Made by a program: the position numbers and the translations under genes. Positions 35,236-49,129 of a stretch of 64,000 nucleotides of DNA are shown here, one piece after another. The stretch spans positions 97,714,001-97,778,000 of the forward strand of contig NC_087436.1 of assembly GCF_036321535.1 (NCBI RefSeq). Reading direction: 5' to 3'. How positions within the stretch are numbered: the first letter of the stretch is position 1; each line of letters starts with the position of its first letter. The DNA is from Camelus dromedarius. Its lineage: Eukaryota. The notes below the pieces were generated by a model that was not told where the DNA came from, did no database searches, and saw only the letters and a list, made by a program, of their open reading frames with translations.

Positions 35236-36299
35236 TCACTATAAAAATATAGAACATTAATAAATATTAATATAAATTACAATGATATAATTTATTTTTA
35301 AGGATTATATTCAAATCTGAAAACTTTAAAAATCTGTAAATAATACTCTCTTTTTATATGTGATACACACAAAATTGTCATAGGATTTGCCTTTTAAATT
35401 AAAATAAAAGTTTTTGGAGCATCAGTCAGGGATACAATCAATGGAGCTGTTACAGACTTTTTAATTGGAAAATGAAATAGTCATAAGCCCTAGAGTAAAC
35501 TTGACACCTTGTTCATTATCTGAGACTTGATTTTATGCGGTAATTACTTTAGGGTCCCATTAAACTTTCAAGCTAACCAAATGATTGAGCTATATATGTG
35601 AATAAACCTGAAATACATGCAAAGTGAATTCTCTGATAAATATATCCTGCCGATTTAGTTCCAAGGGAATCTGCACTAATTTCAGGTCCTTTTTCATTGA
35701 GGACCTCAGAGGCAGCCACTTGGAAGAAGCATCAAAACATGTGCATCGAGATAAGAAAACAGACTTTCAAAGTGCTAATTTATGACTTGTAATTAGTAGC
35801 ATTGTTGTTTACTCTGTGTGTTTCAGTCCCAGTAAAGTTTGAAACTCCTTCCAGTAACTCAGGATCATTAATGTCAACTCATTGCCTGAGATAAGTGTTG
35901 GGAGAGAAAAAAGAAAAAGAATAAAAAGAAAAGAAAAATGTGACCTGTGGTGCCAACAAGTTTCTAGTCAACTAGGAAGGAAAAAGACAAGAAAGTCATT
36001 AAGGAGATCCAACCACTTTCTAGGAAATCGGAAAAAACACTCTTCTTTACCATTTAATCTTTATAATCAAGTTTAGCAGAAGATATATCATAATCCTTCT
36101 CATTTAATTACTATAATCAAGTTTAGGAAGAAGAGGATATTTTATCCCTCTTTTGAACATGAATTCAGATGAATGTAAAATGACTTGTTGGACATTTAAT
36201 AAACATTGTCCAGAATCATACAATTTTTATGTGGCATAACTAACAGAGGCTACTTTACAGTCTCTTAAAATAAGAGTTAAATACATACATAAATACATA

Positions 36300-37020
36300 C
36301 ATACATATAGCAATGCTTTAGGCAACTGAAAGCTATGGCAATGAATAAAGGGGGCAAATTCCTGCCCTCATGGAGGTACATCCCAGAGAGATAGACAGAA
36401 AATTACCATACACTTAAATAAATACATAATACAATTTTAGTTATCATATGGTGCTCTCAAGGAAAAAAAAAAGCAAAGTAGGTAAAGGGATTAGAATTGG
36501 GGGGAGGTATTTTAGAGTAGTTGGATAAGGCCCTTCCGAAGAGAACAGTTGAATAGAAACTACAATGAAATGTAGGAGAAAATACTGGAAGTAAATTTGA
36601 GCCAGGAAAAGCAATGTTTGGAAATACCCTAAGTTCGGACTAAACTTGGACTATTTAAGGAAAGAAATATGGTAGATTTGGACAAAAATATGGTGAAAAT
36701 TGTGGAATAGTCATTACTAAATTTTATGAACCATAAGCCATGATAAATCATTTGAATTTTAGTCCAAATGTGATGACAAATCTTTGAAATCTTTTGAGCA
36801 GAGTTTTTGCCTAATGCACTTTAAATGAAAAACTGAAGAGAGTACCTTAAGGCACTGAGGAAATTTTGGACTCTAGAGAGTTGAGGGTTTTAGAAGGAGA
36901 CCTGTATGGGTTTATGAAGGTGGTTTAGGTGAGAAGTTACAGTTGCTTGGACTAGGATCATGATAGTAAGGGTAGAGAAATAATTGAGTTCTGAATATAT
37001 TTTGAAGATATCCTTGATAT
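36300..37020 (-). mobile_element. L2 3' portion
   Basis: gcaatgaataaagggggcaaattcctgccctcatggagg, ttttgagcagag, tttaggtgagaag...gcttggactagg...ttctgaatatattttgaag. Confidence 0.7.
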
Positions 37021-38178
37021 GGCATATTAACATTCTTGTGTGCTTTAAATTAGATAATGAATGTAAAAGATTTATCATATTCTGTGTATCAAGATAGTGG
37101 ACAACTGTAGAAGAGAAAAAAATACAAATAAAAGGATTATATCATAAGGCTAATATAGAAACATTTCAATTTTCACTTAAAATTAAAGACATAGTACTCA
37201 ATAATTTTTATTATCAAATCTATTTTTGTTAATAAAATTAAACAGAAAATTTGAAATTTCTCTCTATTCCTGTCTTTTCTTTTGCTATTTTCATTGTGCA
37301 TTTAAAATGGAAATGTTCTGTTGTTTAAATACAGAAATGTCATAAATTTAATCCCAGCTTTTCAGAACATACTTACACAGTGTGTATAATGTGCGTCCGT
37401 TAGACATATAATTTGGTTTTTACACTGAATTCTAATGAGTGTGTGTGTTCATGTTGTGGGGAGAGGGCTATGCTTGAGCCTTTGGGGTAATTTTGGTATT
37501 CTCATGATAACCATATGAATAACTATGCAGTTAGAAATTTCTCAGAGTAGACCCACATGAGACCAATATTCAGACTTGCCCATCAAGATGAATGATACAT
37601 AATCTGCAGCTCAAAGTAGCAAATTTTAATTAGGAGTGGTGTGATTAATAATTTGGGAACATAGTATGTAAGACTGATACTGAGTTTGTTAAAAAAAAAA
37701 AAAAAGAATCTGTAGTTGACAAGCAAGACTGAAATGAAAGCATTCACACCTGTAGGGTTTAGCTTCTGAACAGTAATCTGGCTCAGCTCATCTCTCGCAG
37801 GCCAGAACCCGTCTACCACGTGGCAGACAGATGCTCAATTTCCAAGGTTAGGGATCTCCTTCAAGGCTTTACTGGTTTTCTTCAACTTATTAAATAGAAA
37901 TATGAAAGCTTGGTTTTGGAGGGAGGTGGAAATTGGGAAGTGCAACTTATGTTTAAATGATTATCTGGGTGGGCTAGTATACTCCCAGTCAGAAACCCTG
38001 ATTATTTTGGGTTATTAGGAACATACACATATGATGTAGTACAATTAAAAACTGTTAAAATGTTATGCGGTCCTCAGAGAGGATTAAAGAGAATTTTAAA
38101 TTTTACTTCCAAAACAAAATGCTTCAAACATTTGAATCCGAGGATCTAAGGAATAAAATCTGGAAACGACCTCTAGCA

Positions 38179-38345
38179 TAGTGCTTCTCAAAATTTAATG
38201 TGCATATAAATCCCCCAGGAGTTTATGTTAATATGTAGATTCTAACTCAGAAGGTTTGGGGAAGGACCTGAGATTCTCTTTTTCTAACAAGCTCCCAGAT
38301 GATGTTGATACTGTTGATTCATGGAACGCACTTCAAGTATCAAGG
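38179..38345 (-). mobile_element. MER5A1-like hAT/Charlie MITE
   Basis: tagtgcttctcaaaatttaatgtgcat...ctaacaagctcccagatgatg...cacttcaagtatcaagg; 8-bp nTCTAGnn-type TSDs ctctagca / ttctagat. Confidence 0.88.
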
Positions 38346-39436
38346 TTCTAGATAACTAAAAAAGATAAGAAAAATCATAAAACTTAAATAATTCTATCCT
38401 TATGTTGACATATAAAGTTTCTTTGAATTTCTGCTGAACAATTAAAAAAAAAAACAACAGAATAACAGATAATGCATTATGGAAGATTGTATAATATGCT
38501 AATCAACAGACTCTGACCCAAGGGAAAATTTTTCACAAGAAACTTGCTGCTTCCTCTTTATCAATCTGGGAAATCTTTATTCAGTCTAAGAGCATGTAGT
38601 TTAGTCATTAGATAATCTCCTAAAACTATGGCCCTTCACTGACTCTGATTTCATAATCATTGATTTAGTTTACTTTTGGAATTTCTCTTCTATCATGACT
38701 TGCCTGAAGCTATAAAAACAATTCTTAGCTAATTGAATCCCTATGAATTAATGTATTTCTTCTTTTCTAAAAGTGAACAAATGAATGAAAAACCTCCATT
38801 GGGTTTATACTTTCAAAACTATGATCCTGTTGTGTTTGTCTTCTCAACACATGAAAAAAGAAAATGTTTTACAATTTGTTTCTGCTTAAAACCATTAAGC
38901 AAAATTCCATAGTAAAGGGAAATAAGTTCTCTGTTCAGATTCAGTTTTACAGTTTAGTAAATGCTGCACAAAAAGCAGAATAAAGATTTGAGAGTGATGC
39001 CTTCCCAGGTTTTTAAGTTGAACAGGGCAAGCCTACCTGACATGAAAGATTCTCCCTGCTTCCTGACCATGAATGAAGGTAGAGCTCCACCTGAGCTGAG
39101 ATCAACTTACAGTGGATACCACGTAAGGTAGAGAACAGGTGTGCAAGTTGCTGTGAACCTACTTCTTCCTCAGTCTCTGAGCTTCTGCTGTCTACCACAG
39201 GACAGAGGCTTACCCAGGCTTCTGTAACTATATATGCTGATTTCCTCCTGCATTCTCCAGATATCACACTTTGCTCCCTCATTTCCAGCTCCAGTCTGGT
39301 CTATTACTGAATGATGAGTTTTGCTACCGGCAGTGATAACAGGACTCATACTTTGTGAAAGTTCAAGAGTTTGACTTGGAAATTTTTTCCCTCCAAGGCT
39401 GGACAGGACTTCTAGTCTGAATCCCCAAAGTTAATA

Positions 39437-39510
39437 GTTTGTAGTCAGATATGGCAATAGGACAAGTACTAGTGTTTGTAGTCAGATATGGCAATAGGAC
39501 AAGTACTAGT
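39437..39510. repeat. Perfect 37-bp tandem duplication
   Basis: gtttgtagtcagatatggcaataggacaagtactagt at 39437-39473 and 39474-39510. Confidence 0.97.
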
Positions 39511-39518
39511 CTTCCTGG

Positions 39519-40069
39519 TACCAAAACAAAAACTGGGACTGAAGAAAGCTAAACGGGCAAGGACAACTTTACTTACGGCTACTGCGATAAGGGAGAGATG
39601 TGAGAACTCAGTCTGAACCCAACTCTGCTGAAGCAAAAGAAAATAGGGATTTTAAAGTCTGGGGTACATGAGTGGAAAAGTACCAGAGGATGTTAGATCA
39701 TTTTGTCTGTCAAAGGAACATGAAACTTCCCATACTTTTATGATAGGAGGTAGTTTTGCAACTTGGAGCAAGGCCACTCACCATCTTCCCAAGTTAGGCT
39801 CCTACCCTCCTACTGGGGCACAGAGAGCTATCTTTGACAAATTCCATTTCAAAGAGATAGTGTCCAGGGCCTTGAGAAAGACATCCCTGCATTGCAAAAC
39901 TGGCAAGAGGCTTTTAAAACAATTTACATCTCCAAGGGACAGAGAAAGAATCTGCAATTACAAGTTTTCTAAAGTAAGTTATGAAAAAGTAAATTCAGAG
40001 GCCTAGAGTCAAGAGGAAACTTATCCAAAGTTTAGTCAAACTGAGAGAGAGATTAAGGCCAGCTTGTCA
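39519..40069 (-). mobile_element. ERV1 solo LTR, MER67-like
   Basis: Minus strand begins tgacaagctggccttaat...tttgactaaacttt...actttagaaaacttgtaattg; perfect 4-bp TSD ctgg (39515-39518, 40070-40073). Confidence 0.82.
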
Positions 40070-40138
40070 CTGGTTATATTTGTGCTTATTTAGAATCTAC
40101 CATTATGACCTTTAGAAAATAAAATCTAATCATATTGC

Positions 40139-40587
40139 TTCTATTGGTTTCCTAGTTCTGCTGTAACAAATGACCACAAATTGGGTGGCCTAAAATCTCA
40201 GAAATTTATTATCTCCCAGTTCTGGAGGTTGGAAATCTGAAATTTAAATGTTGGCACCATTCTGTTCCCTGAGAAGGCTCTAGAGGAGTGTTTTTCCTCA
40301 CTAATTCCAGGTTCTGGTGGCTCTAGGTGATCTCTGACTAACTCCAACATGTACCTCCACTGCCACATGGCTTTCTCCAGCCTTCCCCCGTGTTTCTCCG
40401 CTGTGAGTCATTTATAGCAACACTTGACACTGAATTTAGCCTGGATAACCCAGGATGATTTCAGTTATATCCTTAATTTAATTACAACTGCAATGCCCCT
40501 TTCTCCAAATAAGGTCACGTTCACTGGTTCCAGGGACTGGACATGGGCATGCCTTGTGAGGAGAGGGGCACCATTCAGTTCTCTACA
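40139..40587 (-). mobile_element. MaLR solo LTR (MLT1C-like)
   Basis: tttcctagttctgctgtaacaaatgaccacaaattgggtggc, ccaaataaggtcacgttcac, ggcaccattcag. Confidence 0.85.
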
Positions 40588-42962
40588 TTGTGCTTATGCT
40601 TAAAAGCTCCCTGTGGAAGGTCCCTCAAATTCCTCAGTTATTCTAGAGGCTCTGTTACCCCTCCAGGGCCAGTTTTCTCAACCTTATCCCTTAACTAAGA
40701 AGACTCCTAGAGCTACTCCCCTGCTTCTACCAAACAAGAACACTTTCTATATACTGGTAACCAGTGGGAAACGGATAGGGAATGACAGGAACAGCTCCAC
40801 AATACTTTTACTTAATAAATATAATTTGATTTGTCTACCAACATTTAATGTAAGGGAAATACTACGGTTTGCCTCACAGAATTTTGCAGAAAGAAAGAAT
40901 ATCCAAGCCTTTTCTTTCTTTTTTTTTGGTCAAGCGGCCACTGAAGAGTACCTCCTGAAAGAAATGGCAACTGAATTTGAGTTTAATTCATGAGTAGGCT
41001 TTAATTAGGCAAAGGTTATGTTTTGAAAAAAGTTCAATGGTGGCAGCAAAGACAGTGTATGTCAAGCCAAGAGAGAAGAACGAGAGTGGTGAGTAATTTT
41101 TTGAACCACTTATAATACTGATATTGCTGATGTACCTAGGTTAAGGAAATATGATACAAGAGTTACAAAGGTGTCCAATTATGAGGATAACGTATCACTT
41201 ATTAAATATAAAAACATATTCAAATATATGACTGAGAAGAATTCTTAGTGATTATTCAGACAATTCATTTGAGAATGACAAGATAAAAAATTATGTGGGT
41301 ATTTCTTATAGATAAATAATAGAATCCTTATTAACTCCATACAGAAGATAGAACAGATGGTAAAAATATGGGAAAATGAAAGAATAAAGATGAGAAGGAT
41401 TCTACAGGAGTGGATGTAGAGAATGGAAGTTTCAAAGCTCAGTAACTTAAGGTCACAAAGATGTTTGGAAATACATTTTTTTCTTATTTTAAAGCTGTTA
41501 TAGTTGCCTCTCAGAGAAATACCAAGATTGAGAGAAACTTCTTTATAAATATTATAATAATATTCATATCTAATGATATTAAAAATCCATTCATTTATGC
41601 TTTCTGAAAAAAGTTCTCTTTTTAAATTAAAAGATTTCGTCTCCTCATATTTAATAATGATGCCATTTTGCAAGCTAAGACATTAATATAATCTATAAAT
41701 GAGAAACCTGTCATAATTTATTAAAAATCAATTTTCAGGAAAACAGTCGAGCTACATTTGAAAATAACTTTTAATTCAAACTGAAAATACAGGTCAGCTA
41801 CTTATGGAGAAAAAAAATCTAACTTCAGAATGACCATTTCAGTGACAGATAAATTGTTAATGTTTTGTACTGATAAGAAAAAATTACTTCTATAGGACAA
41901 CAGATTTATATGCATTATTTAAAAAAAAAAATCACAGTCTTCTGTTAGAGTATATTGTTGTTTGATCCAAAAAACTAGCTAATCTTTGTTATCCTAATGT
42001 AGACTATTACTGTAAAAGAGGAACTAGTTAAGTGAGAATGAAAGGAAGAATAAGAAAAGGTAAAAATAATTTAAGCAATTCTTTGGTGCATTTTATGAGT
42101 TAGGAAGAATTCCTAATTCTTACGATTTAGGAAGACTCACAGGACAATAAAAATCTAACACAGAGTCCAAAACTCTAAATTACTATTGCCTATTATCAAT
42201 GACAATAGCCAATTGGCTGAAAAAAAAACAAAGTAGGGGATTATATGATTACACAGCTGAAGACAAAATTAAGGGTATCAGGTTAAATTCTCTCGGTTTC
42301 GCTTTTCTTCCTGGACTTGTTTCTGATTCATCCGAACAGCACGGAGACCAAATGTTTACATATTCCGGAACTCAGAAATGAACATCACTCCATCCTCCAT
42401 CCAGAGGAGAGATTGCCTTTACTTAAACATTAACAAAAAATAAAAAATCCGCAATTCTCTCTTATGTGTCCCATCTAGGTCACTTCCTCACTACCGATTC
42501 AATCACACTGATTAGTTTAAGCCATTCCCAGCAATTCTATACAAGAGGTAAGTGTCACTCACATGACTCCTACAAAATTTGGGAGCCCTTGAGTGGGTGG
42601 TGCAGAGACTATAAACAACATTTTTTGCATTCTTGAACACCAGGGGCTTAATATTTCTAAAAAGAGAAGGAGAAAATATGTATACATTGTGGTCAAAATA
42701 GAACAAGAAAAATACATTTTATGCTATTTTTTTTCCTTGTCCTATTGGAGAGACTCATCCACTAATTCAGGATTTCTCTGGGCCATTGGCATCAAAATCA
42801 ACTCAAGTGCTTGTGGCAATGCAGATTTCTTTTTCCACTGCCTGGTTCATTTAATCAGTGAACAAAGAGCTCAAGAGTCTTCATTTTAAATAAGTTACCC
42901 AGGGAATTTTTATGCACATCTCAAGATACAATGAAAATGATTATATACTCTGAATATCTAGG

Positions 42963-43343
42963 TGTGAGCTGGTCTTGAGATGAGTTAAGGCCATGGGACC
43001 CAAGGCCACGACTACAGAGCATGTTTGTAGGATGCAGTAAATAATTGCTCCACGCATGCGTCAATTATATAAGATTTAGAACAAAGAAAATAGAAGTACG
43101 CATGTGCTAGAGATGTTCTGTAAGCCTAATGAACAAAGAAACTCAGACCGCGCATGTGCTGACCGAAAACAGATAAAAGCAGGACAGGTGCATCATAGAG
43201 GCACCTCCCTGTGGCAATAAAGTGTTGTTAACCCCATGGTGTCTCCGGCTGAAGTCTGTCCAGCAGTGTGGCAACTCCTTGTGCATTTTTTCGTTTGGGC
43301 CGCTCACCTCCTAGAACCCCACATCAGCCTCCCTTGGCTGACA
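42963..43343 (+). mobile_element. Solo LTR (family unassigned, 5-bp TSD suggests ERVL/MaLR class)
   Basis: TGTGAGC...GCTGACA; TSD ctagg/gtagg; internal direct repeats gaacaaagaaa...cgcatgtgct; gataaaag; AATAAA 43216-43221. Confidence 0.75.
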
Positions 43344-43879
43344 GTAGGGATGATGTTTCCTTTGTTCATATTATTGTGTTACAGTGATTCACACCACTGT
43401 TGACATGCAGTATGCTTTCTGGTGTTCATTTCTTTAATGGGTGTCCATATGAATACCGTTTGTGGTTCACTGAGGAATAAATGTCAGTCTCCTAGAATCG
43501 GTCAGAATCTGGCATGAGCTGGTGCGAAGTGGAGAATGAGAGGCCTTCAGTACACGGTGAATTAATTGGGCACTAAATCTGTAAAAACCTGTGTCACATT
43601 GATGCTCTTTTTGCCTCCAGCTGTGGTCTGTAAACCACTAAACACTCCCTGTCCTTCTAAAATCTCTAATCATTTAAAACTTAAATTATTCAACTATATT
43701 ATTCAATGCTACTTTCTACCTAACCTCTAAGCACCTCATTCATTGAAGACTTTGATGCCAAATATACCATAACCCAAAATGCATGACACATGAATGTTGT
43801 TATCTAAGAAATGGATTCTCAGATTTTTCACCTTTTTATTCCCATACTCTGCAGCTCTTTTCCTCTTGTGTATTTCTTA

Positions 43880-44560
43880 TATGTATTTACTTTCCTTGCT
43901 GTTTTCACAGTCCAGGATACTATCAACTTTTGTTTGGACCTCCTTCAAAACTGGTATACCAATTTCAATTTTATTTTCCTCCAAACCACTCCCCAAATTG
44001 CAGAGAGAGTATTTTCCATGTTAACCTGATTTTTCATGCATAAAGTCCTCCAATTAATTTCCCTTCTCTTAGGAAAAAAATACTATTTAAAAGTTGGTTA
44101 AGGATCCTACATGTTTTACTTACGCAGTCTTATTTCTCTTTTTTAATTTCTATACTCGTTCTTTGGATGCAACACCACACTATCTCTTTCAGAACATTAA
44201 ATCAATTATGTTTTATTCCATTGCAGTCATCTGTCAGGCACTACTCTCTGTGCCTACAATATATCCACCACCCTTTAGTAAATAATTAGTTTCTGTAAAT
44301 CTTTTATCTCTCAATTCAATTTTTCATTTTTTAGGGGAGGTTTCATAACCCCTACACTTTGTCAGGCTGAGACAGCACCATTCACAATTTTATATTACAT
44401 ACCACTGTTTATAATTGAGTAATATCATTAATTATTAATGTCTTATTACTCTTTCCATACAGTAAACTCCGTGAGAGCAGAAGTGTCAGTCCTGGTTACC
44501 AAGTGACCCTCACAATGCCTAGTAAATAAAAGATTCTTATTAAATATTTTTAAATTAATG
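43880..44560 (+). mobile_element. L2 3' fragments
   Basis: ccccaaattgcagagagagtattttcc, tctctgtgcctacaat, tail agtaaactccgtgagagcagaagtgtc...acaatgcctag. Confidence 0.55.
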
Positions 44561-45599
44561 AAAAATGCTATGCTCCTAAGCTTCAGTTTTCTTATTTCTG
44601 ATGTCTGAGTAGTAGGTTTCTTTCTGTGAATGCATTCACTCAAACATCTATCATCATGCCTCACATAAAGCAGCAGCTCGAAACGTGTTAATCTGTCTTT
44701 CCTTCTTAATACATTGTCCCTTAATGACAACATGTATATGGTGAGATAATACTAGAAGGGAGACCGCTTTGGAAGTTGTTTGAAATTGAATTCAGATTTA
44801 CAGACACTGTCTTTTGAAATGTAACTGCTTGTAATGTTCTGCTATTTTGTTTGCATATAGGAATTTTTGTTAATTTTACCCTTTTGGAGTCTTAATTCTT
44901 TTCGGAAAATAAAATAGCCTCAGTTGATTCTTCACAACACATGCTGCGATAAAAATCAAGACCAGAGAGACATTTTGGAACTTCAGTCTGCCATGGAAAT
45001 GAATAAACAGCTCTACTGTTTGAGATACTGTAGCTATTAAAGAAATCTCTGAAGATCTCTCGAATTTATCATCATTCAATCTTTAGAGTTAACAAGAAAT
45101 GTTTTTGTTAAGAAACACCCATGAAGTTGAGAAAAAATATTTTTCTATGTGGTATTTTTATTGTAATTTTAAAGCCTCTATGTTAGAATAGATGTCTTGC
45201 TGAGAAAAAATTACTCTGTTGACATATTTTAACTGTTAAATTCTGAACTCATGTTCAAAGGATAACCTGAACCAAGATAAGTTACCTGAGAAGAGAAAGT
45301 TATAGTCCTAATGCAAAGGCAAGGCTCGTATGAAAACTGTATTTGCACAATCAGGAATCAGAAATTATAGGGAAAAAAGAAAAGAGAGAAAAGGGGAAAA
45401 ATTATTATACATAAGGGTGAGGGGAAAAATATTTTAGAAGGAGAATGATATATTCAATTTTAATTTGTTCTGGTTTTCTGCAACACCCTTCATCTTTAAA
45501 AAAAAAAAAAAACCTCTACTAAAGCTCGATTTCCCCCAGAGGGGCATGGTGTGAAAACCATTTAAAAAAATAATAGTCATAGCAATTTTTGAGTTTTTA

Positions 45600-45940
45600 G
45601 TTGGTTCTATGAAGTATATTCTTCTCCAGGCTTTTCCCGAGGCAGACTCCTCGAAACTGAAATCTCTGTTTAAGTTGACCAGCTCAGAGTATTCCTAACT
45701 AAGTATCTTCCATTATTCTTTATTGCAGGACATTATTATTTTTATTTAAGACATTTATCACAACCCACAATTAACTAATTTGTTAATGTGTTCATTTGCC
45801 TATTATTTTCTTATCAACTGTAATATAAATAAACCATGAAAGCAAGGACTTTCCCTGTCTTAACTCATGGTAATGACAGTAGCTATCACCAAGCATGGAC
45901 GTGAAGTATTCAGTAAATATCTCTGAAATTAACAGATGAG
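45600..45940 (+). mobile_element. L2 3' tail
   Basis: taaaccatgaaagcaaggactttccctgtctta...gtattcagtaaatatctctgaa. Confidence 0.6.
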
Positions 45941-46199
45941 GGACTTAAAGGATAATGCTCTGAGTAACACGTTTTTGTCAATTTTAATGAAGATAAAAAG
46001 GCACTGTTCTAAAATTTCTAGGTAGAGTACAAGATTGTGAAAAATGAATGATACTGGGAAAAATTTAAGTTTCTATGTATAAACACTCACAGACATCTTA
46101 GGGGTGGTAAAAAGGTTCAGTCCAACTACATACGTGGGTATACACACATACACTACACAGGCAAACATACATCATATATAAAATAAATCATATACTCTG

Positions 46200-46420
46200 G
46201 TAAAGGTTTTAAGACTTTTATGTATATTAACCATTTATTCATCATAATAAATCTTATTAATCTGTTAGTCTATTATAAAATCTGTGATATTATTTCCTTT
46301 TTTACAGATGATGAAACATGGGTGGTGAGAAGATAAGTAAGATGCCCTTTTACAAGCCGCTAATGGCTCTTGCTAGTTCAAACACAGGTAATCCAGATCC
46401 CAAGTACACGGCACTAAACT
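46200..46420 (-). mobile_element. MIR
   Basis: tattaaccatttattcatcataataa...ttttacagatgatgaaac...gataagtaagatgccc...ttcaaacacagg. Confidence 0.65.
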
Positions 46421-46959
46421 GTCGCCCAAGGCAGGTGAGTTTCAACTGATATTTGAGTTAAAATACATCAATATGGATGAACTTTTAAGATTTACGAGAT
46501 GTAAAAGATTGCTGGTGGTCAAAGCTATCTGTTCAACTGTTCTCTGTAGTAACTGAGTTTTTGCAGGGTACGTGGCTGCTGACTAAAAACTACATTCAGA
46601 GACCCGTTTTCTATGATGTTTGCCAAGGATGCGAGCAGAAGTGATGTCTCACTTCTTTGTGTGGTTCTTAATATTTATATCGCTTCTGTTTTCCCACAAA
46701 CTAGTAAGTAGTGAAAATGGGATTAATGAACTTGAACTCATAGTGGAAGCCAAGATATAATAAATGTCCAGAAAATCCAATAATCTATCTTAAAGAATTT
46801 CTTAAAAAGACAACAAAGACATTGGAGAGAAATGAAAAGAATTTATGTTAATTAAGAGACTTAGCCTAAATCTGGGGTTCTCCATATGGAAATTGGAGGA
46901 GAGAAAGTAAAAAGACAATAATATTATGATTAAGCATGGGGCCAAAAAGCAAGAGGCAC

Positions 46960-47300
46960 ATGACCTCTAGTCTGCAGAAAGAATTATTTGCAATGTTTTG
47001 AATGAAAATTAGATTATTCCTAGATTTCTAAATCCAGTCATTCTAATACTCAGGTCTGAGAGCAATGAATCATTTTATAGGCATATACATGTATAATATT
47101 TACAACTCACCACTCTTTCTGAATACGATTACTCAGATATCTTCTCCAGCCAATTGTAAAAACAAAGGCATGGAATAAGACACAGGAATCAACAACAGTA
47201 TCTTGATCTTCATCAACAGAAACAAGGCAGCAACAAGAAAAGTGGAACTGAACAGACAGGTGATCAAAACGAATCTGGAAACAAGAAGCTCCTGTGATTT
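46960..47300 (+). mobile_element. Ancient L1 ORF1 / HAL1-like fragment
   Basis: gaaaattagattattcctagatttctaaatccagtcattcta...ctgagagcaatgaatcatttt resembles decayed ORF1 C-terminal PRILYPAKLS-type coding sequence. Confidence 0.4.
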
Positions 47301-49129
47301 TTTTTTTTTTTTCCCCTTGAAATTAGAGTACATGAAGTCACAACTAAGACTCTTAAAATTTTACAATAAAAACAAAAAGGCCATCAGACACTAGAGAACA
47401 CAAAAATCAGATACAAATAACCTCATGGTGTATAAACTGGATTGAAGTCTGATGGGATGATCAGTAATGATGACTGTAAAAAATATGCTTTCTGAAAATA
47501 AAATGGACTCACAAACATCGGACCTACAGAGTAGGCTAGGGAATTCAGGAAAGAGAAGAGTAACAACCGGTGTTCTGAAATCATTGAGTGATACTCCTAG
47601 GTTTGTAGTTGCTAAGGAGCTATCATAAATTTCCAGTGGCATTCACTTTTACATCTGTATTTTTTTACAGAGCATGGTTTGCTATTTTTGTAGGAAACTA
47701 TGCTAAGTGATCAGTATTTAAATCTAGTAACTGTCTTTGGGATGCTTTCTATATTCTTTATTTACTGGGGGTTTTTTTTTTGTTGTTGTTTTTTCTCACT
47801 TAAAAGATGATAGTGTTATTTTTATGACAGTAGTTTCTGAGAACATAAATATATTCCTATTAAGATCTTATAACATAAAAAATAATTACATCTTCCTCTG
47901 AAACTTTATTTTAATCTTTCAAATTTAAATTTCCTGGAAACTGGAACTAATCTTTCTTATTAGTAATTTTTAATATAAAATATTTACTTTCATTATCTTT
48001 TGTTCATTTAAGTGAAAGATAATCCAGACTTTTTATTTAAAGATACTGTTACTAGATTTGATCTCTTTTTTTTTATGAATTCTCAAACTATCTTTACTTG
48101 AGCATTTGCTGCAGTTATGACCAAGAAAATATTTACGTAGTAGACAAATAAAAACCTTGGGATTCAAAACTGGAAGAGGCTTGCCAATCTGCTCAAGCTT
48201 CTGGGTTTTACATCATCTGGGGACGTGAACCCATTTCCGTGACAGACAAGAACAGTTTAGGAGCCATACGTTGAATTAAAATCACAATATAACTCTAAAT
48301 TTTAATATTCAGAATGTGAATTTTATGACACTTTGGCACAGATTGCTCTGCTGTATTCACTCACCTAAAAATGGACAAAGATAGAGGTACCTGTTGTGGG
48401 GAATGCATTCTGGTATTACAGAAATAGGAGAAATAAAATAAAAACCACTTGTTGAAAATAGCTTCCTGCCCAACGAAATACAAGGGAAATTTCCTCCTTT
48501 AGTCTTTTATCTTACTCTGTTTTCAAATTTCCATTGGTTCCTGGCCCTTGTATATATGTGTTTGGATCATGTGAGATACAGCTTTTGGTCTTGGGTACAG
48601 CAGTAAACTACTGATTCACAACTTAAAATATTACATAGAGCAGATCCAGCAATTGGGAGATCATCCTGAGTTGGCAAGCTGAAAACATAGCTGATACATT
48701 GCAATGAAACGCAAAAATTAAGGGTCAAAGGATCAACAGATCTATGAATTAGCAGTAATAAACTCTGTAGCCACACATGGTGAAATAGATTTAAGAACCC
48801 TATCAATTAGTCACTCAAGTGACATTCACTGAGCATATATTTATAGGTTCTGCATAAGTATAAGAAATACAGAAAGAGCTATCATTCCCCACCCTCTGTG
48901 TGCTTACAAAACAGGGAAAATCTAAATCATCTCACATGGTATATTATAGATGTTAAATATCACTATATAATTACACTTACATGGACGCTTATTGTGATAA
49001 CCTCTACACTAGGTACTGACAAAATGCTTTCTCCTTTTTCTTATGGGGATTTTAACATTTCTTTTAGTTTTGTTATATTTATCCTATATAAATATAAAGT
49101 GTATTATTATTACCCTAAATTGTTTCAAA

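Noticed and set aside
39437..39510. 37-bp direct repeats as a CRISPR array
   Set aside because: Only two adjacent copies, no spacer, no cas genes, and the DNA is mammalian.
41245..41673. 142-aa minus-strand ORF
   Set aside because: AT-rich I/F/K/N-biased composition, non-ATG start, no recognisable domain or splice signals.
45532..45547. CTCF-like motif tcccccagaggggca
   Set aside because: Mismatches at core positions of the CCASYAGRKGGC consensus.
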